A DNA stretch of 64,000 bases from Antedon mediterranea (lineage: Eukaryota; Animalia; Echinodermata), in the NCBI RefSeq assembly GCF_964355755.1, contig NC_092675.1, positions 28,926,912 through 28,990,911 of the forward strand, read 5' to 3'. Positions within the stretch are counted from its first letter, which is position 1; each line of letters begins with the position of its first letter. Below the pieces are notes generated by a model. It saw nothing but the letters and a program-made list of their open reading frames with translations, had not been told where the DNA came from and did no database searches. This document shows positions 1-10,567 of the stretch, in pieces. Both the position numbers and the translations under genes were made by a program.

Positions 1-251
1 GTTACATGCGCTACGCACGTAATTGTATTGCCATATGATGATATTTTATGCCCTGAAATTTATGAGTACCAAATTTTATTTAATTGTGATTCATGGTTGT
101 GAAGATATGATTACAAACGTGATTTCGTTAAATCGTGCGTAGACCGCGTAATTTTTTATTGCGCACCGTGAAAACATAACCACATTGATTCCTGGCCATA
201 AGGAATATACTGTGAAAAATTGACCTAGCTAGATTAAACTGATATCAAGAT

Positions 252-1861
252 CAGTGGTGGCGCCAGCGGGGGGGCTACGGGGGCTCTGGCCCCCTCGTCG
301 GGGAGCCTAGCCCCCCCATCGGGGAACACGGGTACTTTTTGTCGGGGAATATAATATACAGTAAAAAACGTTCGCGTTCACTTCATACAGCTTCAGCGCC
401 TAGAAAACCACGACGTTCCATTGACCGTGAGAGTAGGGCTATTATGCACTTTTATGCATTCATTATTGCCAGCGATCTAACTTACTACTAAACATTAGCT
501 AGGTACGCACTTGTCTGGCGGTATCCCTTTGTACGAATCGTTCAACGTTGGGTTGAGACGCGTGATATCAAGTTCCATCCAGGGACCAAAATGTGTAATG
601 TAGTTATTTTCCAGGCGAAGTTTACCGACGGTTAACGAAGGGAACACGGGTACTTTTTGTCGGGGAATATATAATATACAGTAAAAAGCGTTCGCGTTCA
701 CTTCGTAGCTAGCTTCAGCGCCTAGAAAACCGCGACGTTTCATTGACCGTGAGAGTACGTCAGAGTGATATTATGCACTTTATTTGCATTCATTATTGCC
801 AGCGATCTAACTTACTACTAAACAATAGCTAGGTACGCACTTGTCTGGCGGTATCCCTTTGTACGAATCGTTCAACGTTGGGTCGAGACGCGTGATATCA
901 TGTTCCATCAGGGGACCAAAATGTGTACTGTAGTTATTTTCCAGGCGAAGTTTACCGACGGTTACGTTGTGTACTGTGTCGACGTACGCTACACTACAGC
1001 AAAAACGAATTAAGTTAATTGTTCGTATGTTCACCAATTTTTTAATTTACAAGTAACCTTCTGTACCGTGGGGCACCTAAAATAAATTTTTCATCCATTA
1101 CTAAACAAAAAAAAAGTGCCATTTTCGCTTAGCCAACATCTTATTATAGCTAAGTTATTACATTTTCAATGTCCTGTATGTCATGAATTTCTCACCACTC
1201 GGAAGTCCAGATGGTACGCACGCATACACTTGGGAGGAATAAACTTATTTCCCCGACTGAAAAAGGTCTACTTGCGTTTTTTAAGCCTCTAGGCCTGATG
1301 TTTCCAAAGTATAAAATGCAATTTTTTGAAGACCTGCAGCTCTAGTTTTAAACATTTTCTTAGCTCAGCCCCCCAACAATAAAGCTGGTCATATTTCGAA
1401 GTACAAGAAGTGCATTTTCCGGGACCTAACATCTCTAATTTTTTTTTCTACATTTCTTAGCTCAGTCACAACCATGATAGGGACTTATATATTTTGTTTC
1501 ATGTTTTGAAGTATAAGTCCAATTTTCGGGACCTCCAACTCTATTTTTCTAAATTTTCTTTGAACTTTTATTTTTTAAATTGAAAAATATGGATTGAAAC
1601 AGTCATCGCGCATCGTTTTTTTGCACGCAGTATTTTATTTATGCATTATAAAAAATGGAAAAAATGGCTACCCTAAATCTGATTAAAATTACCTCAAATG
1701 ACGCTAGAACGCGTTGCTTCCGGGGGCTTCGCCCCCTGGACCCCCACCGGGGGCCCTTGGCGGCCCCCTGGCCTCCAGCCTAGTGATGCTCGCTTCGCTC
1801 GCATAGCCCCCTCGTCGGGGAATGTAGCCCCCGCGTCGGGAAGATCCTGGCGCCACCCCTG
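252..1861. mobile_element. Non-autonomous hAT-type DNA transposon
   Basis: 15-bp TIRs (CAGTGGTGGCGCCAG at 252; CTGGCGCCACCCCTG ending at 1861; 1 mismatch). Perfect 8-bp TSD ATCAAGAT at 244-251 and 1862-1869. GC-rich subterminal repeats (GCCCCCTCGTCGGGG). No transposase ORF. Confidence 0.88.
322..964. repeat. Two tandem copies of a ~320-bp unit inside the hAT element
   Basis: GGGAACACGGGTACTTTTTGTCGGGGAAT starts at 322 and 640. Both units end in TTTACCGACGGTTA. Confidence 0.9.
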
Positions 1862-3359
1862 ATCAAGATAAGGTCAGAAAGCGATAAAACGCATAGTGAT
1901 ACCGGACCGACAGACAGACAGACCGACAGACAGACCGACAGACAGACAGACAGACCGACCGACCGACCGACATAGTGAACTATAGAGTCGCTTCCACGCG
2001 ACTAAAAATACAATTATTAGAAATAATAATATTACTCAGAAGCATTTTTAAATAAAAAAGTTAAATATAAATTTGAAAAAGGTAACCTGTAAAAGTGTGC
2101 AAGGAATAACCTGATAAGGTTAGAACATAGCAGGCCTACATAAAAGCTTTCACTTATATATTTCAACATTTATTAGTTTCTATCAATAGTAAAACAATAC
2201 AATAAAAAAAGTGGTAATATATAATAATGAAACAATACAACAATACCATTAATAGAGGATCTTGCAAGAAGCAAGACGTGACAACCTGTTAATTAGCTTT
2301 GGCAGAAAATTATTGAATTCAGATAGATTTTCAGGGGCATGTGCAGGATTTATTTTTAGGGGAGCTCAAAATGATGAGTGATTTGCGAGGGGAGCAAGTA
2401 TAAATAGATAAAAAATAAATAAATACAAATATATACATTCTGAATAAATCAGTGACAAAATAAACTCTCTATGACTAGTAGTTTTTGAGATATGGTAATT
2501 CTGTAATTTCACCCTAATTTACATATTTAAGCTAATTTGCATATCATCGGGATGAGTGACCAAGGTGATGCTCAAAATTTGATGTCCTCATCATATGTGA
2601 CCATTTAAAAGAGAAAAATCTCTGTTTGCAATTTGTTTCACTTTGGGCTGTTATTTAGATAGATTGCCTACTAACATTATAGTTATAGTTTAGCCTTAAA
2701 TGGTACAAATAATTGTTTTCTATGAGTCTAATGTGGAAAATATTTTCATGTGATGAATAAAAATGCTCTCTCTATATAATACAGAAAACATTTTATTTTT
2801 TCTTAACACATCTACTCCACATTAATAGATCAGTATTTCATTGTTCAATTCGGTTTCAGTCATAAACACAAAACCTGACACTGCCATCATGAGTTGATGT
2901 CAATCAAACCACAGCAAAAAGGCGGTGCTATATGATTTTGGTTGAACAATTATAGATGGCGCACTATAGGTTTGCTTTTTCAATGGCATACTATTTTTCC
3001 ATTAGGACTGTTGCAAGACAAAGCAACTCAACATTTTTACAAGTTGATTATCAAACGGAAGTATTTTAATATCACTTAAAAATTACCATTGGCATGTGAT
3101 ATGAAATCAACCAATAAGATGGCAAAGATATACTTAAGTTTGTTATAAATTAAACTACTCTACCATGATCTAAGCAGTGACAAATGAAGAACAAAACAAG
3201 AATTGTGTCCAAATTTTCTTGGGAAAATTAGAATAACACTGACAGTATATAAAGTTTGCATGCTATTTAAATGAATCAATCTTGTATGAAAGATTTTACT
3301 TTAAATACTCAAGTGGACAAGCTGCTGTAATTTGTTGTTTATAGATTAAACTGAATACA

Positions 3360-5144
3360 ATGAACAGGAATCCTGGACTATATACAATGTTGTTTCAATG
3401 CTTTTCAACAAGACAACTTGGAATATTATTTATGGTTACTTGCTGGTTGCATGTTGTTTCACCTGAGCAAACACACCCACCATTTGTATTTGTGGGAAAT
3501 AAAACAATAAGCATAAGTATGCCTACTGAAGACAAAACTTATTTTGCTGACCAAGAACTTTCTTTCACTTGTAAATTTGAATGGTTTCAAACACGTATCA
3601 ACCAAATAGACATACAGCTTTCACAAAATGGTTCTTTTTTACCTAAAGATTCAGTTAAGATTGTTAAAGGTTTCTCAAATGGGGATTACAGTATACAGGA
3701 TTTTACAGTAATAATTTTAAATCTCACAAAGTTCCACACAGGATCATACAAATGTGTCTATGATAATGGTATGTACAAATCTGAGCAAGAAAAAACAATT
3801 ACAGTTTGGCCAATTCCAGTGGATCCTAAATGTACATCTTTGCAGCCATTTTATTTTGAAGGACAAGAAGTTAGCATCAAATGTGAAGCTATTGCTACAT
3901 ATCCAGACATTACATTAAAATGGAACTCTGGAAATTCCACTGCTAAAAATCCTCACAACATAAAATTCATTGCTGAAAAAGACATGAATGGGCTTAAATA
4001 TAAATGCTTAATGAATGTACCATCATGGAGATCAAGACCCTTTGTTTGTAAATTTTTAATTTTAGTAAAAAACATTGAGATTGTTGTTATAAATAATAAT
4101 GTTACATTAGGACAACCAGCAGCATTGCAATGCATCGTGGGTAACACCAATCAAGAACTCAACTATACTTGGACATTAGAATACAGTAAGTTAAAAAGAG
4201 GAATTCAACAAAATCCAAATTGTAAAAATATCAATGGTGGTAGCAGCAAAAATATGAACTGCAATGAGAAGATACTGAAGATTGAGAAAGTGACAGCTGA
4301 TATGAACAATGCTGTTATCACTTGTGAGGTACAAGGATACAATGTTATTGGAAGAAACTCTAGTATACTTACTGTATATGGACTTACTACTGTAGAACCT
4401 ACAAAAGATACAACTATGATGGAGAAAGAGAAGAACAATAGGAGTGACTTAAGTACACCAGAAAATAAAAAAAATGAAAGAGTTAAGATGTCCAATGACC
4501 CAGACACAGAATTTATTAAAACAATTGCTATAGTTTGTGGAAGTCTTTTACTTATATTTCTGATATATATAATGGTTATTTGCTTCCGTCGTTTGAAAGT
4601 AACTTCAAATCAAGATATCCAAGTTGCTACAAGTATAACCCATGACAATGACTCTTACAACACAGTGCCATTGCCCATCAGTGCACAATTGACATCAGAC
4701 AATACACAATATCATGGTGCTACTTGTCTTAATATCAATAGAGAAGAGAATCCTGAATTTCATATTTATCAAGACATCAACGTAAATTCTGAAGATGTCA
4801 CTGATGAATACCTAATTCCTCTGGCAATGGTTAAACAATTTGATAGCTCAAATTGTGAAGAAAATATGACATATATTAAACAAACATGTGAAGGAATGGT
4901 TAATAAGTCAACAAGCAATTTGGAAGGTGACAACACAACAGATGATTTGTACACTCATCATGACATAAGCACAACTTTTGATGATGTCACTGATGGATAC
5001 CTAACTCCTGTAATTTTTGCAGAGCAGGTTAAAAAAGATGAAAACTCCAAACATACTGAACATGAAGAATACCCCTACAAAGAGAGTGTAGATCTCATTA
5101 AAAATGATAAGACAGATTCTCTTTATCTTGAGATTATTGAGTAA
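3360..5144 (+). CDS. g1: 3-Ig-domain type I membrane receptor, ectodomain type A + short tail S1 (intact, 594 aa)
   Basis: Hydrophobic N-terminus. Ig Cys pairs LSFTC..GSYKC, SIKC..W..YKC and ALQC..W..VITC. TM IAIVCGSLLLIFLIYIMVICF. Tail motifs YNTV, YQDI, DEYLIP, DGYLTP and terminal SLYLEI (fits the ITIM consensus S/I/V/L-x-Y-x-x-I/V/L). Confidence 0.88.
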   Translation: MNRNPGLYTMLFQCFSTRQLGILFMVTCWLHVVSPEQTHPPFVFVGNKTISISMPTEDKTYFADQELSFTCKFEWFQTRINQIDIQLSQNGSFLPKDSVKIVKGFSNGDYSIQDFTVIILNLTKFHTGSYKCVYDNGMYKSEQEKTITVWPIPVDPKCTSLQPFYFEGQEVSIKCEAIATYPDITLKWNSGNSTAKNPHNIKFIAEKDMNGLKYKCLMNVPSWRSRPFVCKFLILVKNIEIVVINNNVTLGQPAALQCIVGNTNQELNYTWTLEYSKLKRGIQQNPNCKNINGGSSKNMNCNEKILKIEKVTADMNNAVITCEVQGYNVIGRNSSILTVYGLTTVEPTKDTTMMEKEKNNRSDLSTPENKKNERVKMSNDPDTEFIKTIAIVCGSLLLIFLIYIMVICFRRLKVTSNQDIQVATSITHDNDSYNTVPLPISAQLTSDNTQYHGATCLNINREENPEFHIYQDINVNSEDVTDEYLIPLAMVKQFDSSNCEENMTYIKQTCEGMVNKSTSNLEGDNTTDDLYTHHDISTTFDDVTDGYLTPVIFAEQVKKDENSKHTEHEEYPYKESVDLIKNDKTDSLYLEIIE

Positions 5145-5977
5145 TGTATATAATATATACACAAGTATTTAGGATAGGTAAACATTATTAGTACATTAAT
5201 TTTATACTGACCTAATCAGGTTAATTGTACTATGTTTTAATATAATACTAATCAGATTGGATATATAGTTTTTTAAATATATACTCAACTCGCCAAATTA
5301 CAAGATTTACTACTATTTTATAATTACCACCACTACTACTGGTTATACCTGTAAGAGAAAATAATATATATATATATATAAATATGTGTAGTTTAGATTT
5401 TAATTGTGCCTGCCTACATTTCTATTTCCTTCTTCCCATATTTAGTAATTGTCAAGAGTTTTTCGGTAAAACCCCCAAAAATTGTTATAATATAACATTG
5501 AAACTAAACTGTAACAATAGAAATATGTCTCTGTTAATCGTTTTGTTTTATGTTGATATTTGTAAAACAAATAAAAGTAAAAGTCAAATAAATTGTACAT
5601 ATCTGGAAACAGGCTGATATACCTAGATGTTTTTTCTTACTTTTACCTGTATTATCATATTACCTGTATATTTACTAAGCAAACATTTTGGAAAAAATGA
5701 AATATACCACAAAATATTCTAAAGGTTTTAATATTGATACACTCAAATCGTGCATGGGATATAAATCTTCAATACAAAAAGTTGTAGGACACAGCCGGGC
5801 ACATCCTTGAGTTGAAAACAAATTGAAACTATAAAAATTAATTTTTATTGCATGTATTTTTCATTGCCAATATTGCTCCATGCTTTTATTTTCCTAATTA
5901 TTTAATTAAATTGATATAGAGGGAGCTGTATATTAATATTTGATAATACAGTACAATACTGATTACACAATCCAGAA

Positions 5978-6175
5978 ATGGTGTTGGTAGTCTATAAGTG
6001 CTAGCTTACCTGGATAAACCGACAAATGCCATATTTCTCCTCGAAGAGCGAGATATACTCGAAAGTAGAAAATTCATTGAACACCCCTCTCTCTCAATGG
6101 TACAGTCCACAAACCTCAAGTGGGAACATCCCTACAATTCACCATCATCATTTCTCAAGACCTCTTGTCTGAGTA
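5978..6175. mobile_element. Degenerate terminal-repeat fragment of a DIRS-type element
   Basis: TGGTGTTGGTAGTCTATAAGTGCTAGCTTACCTGGATAAACC...TCATCATTTCTCAAGACC matches the DIRS terminus at 62172-62365 in this window. Confidence 0.7.
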
Positions 6176-6881
6176 TCATATACTGATATGAAGCTGATAT
6201 TAAATAAACTTAACTATAACTGCCTATCTGATATTATAACAAATCAAAACTATTCTTATTTAAATGATTATTTGCCTTCAGTGTGTTCAGTAAATATTAA
6301 TTGTTGTACTTTGAATTTTTATCGTTTCTCAACTGTATAACAGCAAGACACTGTAAAGTTTCGTTGCTTTTATTATTATAGAGGGCAGTGTTATGTGATG
6401 CTTAAGAGTTTTGCTCAAATAAAACGTTTAAAAAAATTCCTTCTTAAATTTTTTTAACCACATGTAGTTATAATATTGAATATCAGGTCTAATTTTAGAG
6501 GGCAGTATCAAGGTTTATTCAGAAAATAAAATAGAAACCAAATTTAAAACTAAAATGGAAACTAAAATGGAAATACAACAGACCAATTCAAATACTTCAT
6601 TTACTAAACTGATATGATTGGCTAGCAATTTTCTCATCACATACAGATGATCTATTGTAAAGCAGAGTAGAATAAAATTAATTGCTTGATAATAATGTTG
6701 TTCTACTGTTCTTTCTGTTTATGGACTTCAAAGGAATTTAAAACATTTCTATATTGTGAAAATATCTTGGTTGAAAGATTTAAAGTTCATTTTCAGATTA
6801 TTTGGATCCCACCTCAGTAAATTGGAAAAGTTGATATATGCGATTTTTTAATTTACACTGACGATTTTAGGATTAAATGCA

Positions 6882-8420
6882 ATGTTTTTACATTTACCAA
6901 CTTTAATACTTGCAATATTATTCATTTTTGGTTCCCATATTGGCTCATCGCAAATAGACAAAACACAGTATCCATAAGTATAGAAGACAAAACATATTTT
7001 GTTTCTCAAGAACTTATTATTTCTTGTAAATTTGACTATTTTCAAACACATCTTGAGCAGCAAGATTTAATACTTACAAACAATGAATCAATTCTGACAC
7101 AGGATTCATTAAATATTGAAGAAATTTCTGGAAGCAAACAGGAATTTAAAATAACAATTTCAAATCTTAAAGAGTCTCACACAGGATCATACAAATGTGG
7201 CACCACACAGGGCACAGATATAAGTGGACAGTCTAAACAACAAATGGTCAAAGTTTGGCCAATTCCTGAGTACCCTAGGTGCACAGCATCCCCAGAATTC
7301 TATTTTGAAGGTCAAAACTTGACCTTAACGTGTGAAACCATTGCTACATATCCTAATTTTACATTAAAATGGAATAATGAACAACACCAACATGAAAATA
7401 TTAAAATCCAAAAAGTCATTGCCACAAAGGAAAACAATGGTTCAACACATACATGTATATTGGATGTACTAGCATGGAGTAGAGTGAAACTTTGTAAAAT
7501 TGAAATTTCAATAAAACAGATAAATATTGTTGGCAATACTGTTGCATTAGGACGACCTGCAATGTTGCAATGCATTGTGGATGATGTCATCTCAGGTCTC
7601 ACCTATACCTGGACATCTGAATCTAGCAGTTTAGTAGAAGAAATTGAACAAAACAAAAATTGTAACTACATCAATGGTAATAGCAGCAATAAAAATTGCC
7701 AAACACTTGGAGATAACAAGATCCTATACATTGAGAAAGTGACAGCTGATATGAACAATACGATTATCACTTGTCAGGTGCAATGGTACAATGTTATTGG
7801 AAAAAACTCAAGTATACTTACTGTAAATGAACTACCTACTGTAGAACATACAAAAGATGCAGTAACTTCTATAGAACCTAGAGAGACTAGAAGAGAACTA
7901 ACTACACAAGAAAATACAAAAATGAAGGAGAACAGTGACAATGAGACTTATAATAACAGCAACAACAATGTTACTTATATATATGTCATTGTTGCTTTTT
8001 TTGGATCTCAAGGCATCAAATCAAAGTGTTCCTCAGGTTGGCACAACTGCAGCTACTATGAGCTATGTCAATGACTCTTACAGAGCCTTGCCATTGTCCA
8101 CCAGTGCACCATCTACATCAGACAATGCACAATCTCATGGTGATATTATTTTAAATAATCTGAAGAAAGAAGAGAATGCTGAATTCCATATTTATCAGGA
8201 TATCAACACAATGTCTGATGACATTAAAGATGATTACCTAATTCCTTTGACAATAGTTAAACAATTTGATAACGGCCCTAAATGTCAAGAAAATATAATA
8301 GATATTGAACATGAGGAAGAAACTTGTCAAGGAATGGTAAAGTCAACAAACACTCTGGAAGTTGACAACAAATTAGATGAAAATGTTGATTTACATACTT
8401 ATTATAACAGCAACTTTTGA
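6882..8420 (+). pseudogene. g2: Ig receptor pseudogene, ectodomain type B + tail S2
   Basis: ATG at 6882 (MFLHLPTLI..., as in g4 and g10). A ~10-bp deletion near 6966 gives an early stop. A ~53-bp deletion near 8009 (relative to g4) removes most of the TM and shifts frame. The fragments are ORFs 7244-8074 and 7935-8420. Confidence 0.85.
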
Positions 8421-10567
8421 TAAATGTCACAGATGATAAATTACTCCTATCTATAGAACCATAGTCTGACTATAATAGAACCTAACCTGAACCTATATAC
8501 TGTATTGAACTTGAAGAACACTCTTGTAAAGATTTGGAAATAAGCCCACCTATTCTCAAAGGATAAGGAGGACACTCATTCCCATAGATTCCTCTTCCAG
8601 GACCGTGGTCAATGCAGCCGGCACTCAGATCATTTTAGGCACATTAATAAAGATCCTGAGATGACAGCCCTTTTCTTGAGTAATTTATAAAATGTAAATA
8701 TTTTGGATAGATTAAATATACTATTAGCACATTAATAATTAATAAAATGTTTACTTTTTTCTGATGATAGTGTAATAATAAGGAACTGCTTATTTGTGAA
8801 AAAAGATTGTATAAACATTTCATTCAAATTAACAATAAAAACTAAACTGTAGCAGTCACTGGTATCTTTAAATTGTTTTGTTTCCTTCTTTTGCATGTTG
8901 ATGTTCCTAAAACAAATAAAACTGAAAGTGAAATAAAGTGTATACATCTGACGACGAAGTTTTAGACTACCATTTGTTTAAACTATTGCTTATATCTTAT
9001 ACATTTTTCAAGTTATTATTTGTTCAGCAAAACCATCAAATTATTTTTATTTAAAATGTTTGCATTTTAGTGGTATATTCAAAGATTTTAAATAAAAATA
9101 AAGAAACAAAACGTTGGAACTTATTATAACAACTTAACTCCAGTAAATTTGGTAGAGCAAGTTGAGGTGCAAATTCTAAAACCCTGTTGATCTTTAAAAT
9201 TGGAAGATTCTCATTAGCAAAACTACATTTATCTTGAGAATATGATACATTATAAAACATAAACATTTTGTTTGTATTTCTTAAAAATATTATTGTACTA
9301 TTTTAATTGTACAATAACGATAATAATAATGAGATTTTATATATATGTCAGGCAGTGGAGCTTAGTTGTTAGCAAGGTACTACTCATTAATTGGGTGCCT
9401 TGCGTTATCTCAGTATATGTGCAGGATTTATTTTTAGGGAGGCTCAAAATGTTGAGTGCTTTGCGAGGGGAGCGTGAAAAAATAGATAAAAAAATTAACA
9501 AAAATATATACATTGTGAATAAATCAGTGAAAAAATAAACTCTCTATGACTAGTTATAGTTTTTGAGATATGGTAACCCTGTAATTTCACCCTAAGTTAC
9601 ATATTTAAGCTAATTTGCATTATCGGGATGAGTGAGCGAGGTGTGATGCTCAAATTTTTATGCCCACATCATATTTGTATTTATTTATTCAATCACGCTC
9701 TTGTGAAATACAAGACCAGCCAATTCTGGCTTATAAGTGAATAAAAAAAAAACTAAATAAATAAATTATAAATTATAAATAGACACAGATTAAAAATAGA
9801 CACAGATAAAAAAAATAAAATAAAACAACTACTTTACAACAGACTTACTACACCAACAAATTTTCTTTTTTTTCTCTCTTTTATCGAGTAGATGGGAAAA
9901 TGTGTGTTTGCAATTTTTTTCACTTTGGGCTGTATTTTTAGATAGATTGTCTAGTCTAGAATCATAGTTATAGTTTAGCCTTAAATGGTAAAAATAATTG
10001 TTTTCTATGAGTTTAATGTCGAAAATATTTGCATGTGTTGAATAAAAATGCTCTCTCTATTCAATATAATACAGAAAACATTTCATTTTTTCTTACCACA
10101 TCTCTTGCATAATAATAGATCAGTATTTCATTGTTCATTTCGGTTTCGATCATAAACACAAAACCTGACACTGCCATCATGAGTTGATGTTATATTATGA
10201 TTTTGGCTGAGCAATTATAGATGGCGCACTATAGGTTTGCTTTTTCAATGGCATAATATTGTTCCATTAGAACTGTTGCGAGACAAAGCAACTCAAAATC
10301 ATGTGATATGAAATCAACCAATAAGATGGCAAAGATATACTTAAGTATGTTATAAATTTAACTACTATACCATGATCTAAGCAGTGACAATTGAAGAACA
10401 AAAGAAGAATTGTGTCCCAACTTTTCTTGGGAAAATTAGAATAAAACTGACAGTATATAAAGTTTGCATACTATTTAAATGAATCAATCTTGTATGAAAG
10501 ATTTTACTGTAAATACTCAAGTGGACAAGCTGCTGTAATTTGTTGTTTATAGATTAAACTGAATACA

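Larger units (their letters stand above)
1..2008. mobile_element. Non-autonomous Helentron/HINE (pearl/DINE-1-like) element, interrupted by the hAT insertion at 252-1861
   Basis: A (GACA/GACC)n microsatellite at ~1905-1972 is followed by a short hairpin AGTCGC-ttccac-GCGACT and an A-run near 1987-2008. This is the layout known for HINE/pearl-type ends. The family call is inferred from architecture only. Confidence 0.45.

Noticed and set aside
495-1037. Two similar minus-strand ORFs of 82 and 76 aa
   Set aside because: They come from the tandem repeat inside the hAT element and have no recognisable domain.
4661-4700. CACAGTG heptamer suggesting RAG-type recombination signals
   Set aside because: It lies inside coding sequence (YNTV), with no nonamer at 12/23 spacing. 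The mosaicism is explained by homologous exchange.
7244-8074. g2 as a secreted, TM-less receptor
   Set aside because: The TM deletion is real, but the earlier frameshift near 6966 disconnects the signal peptide, so a secreted product is unlikely from this allele.
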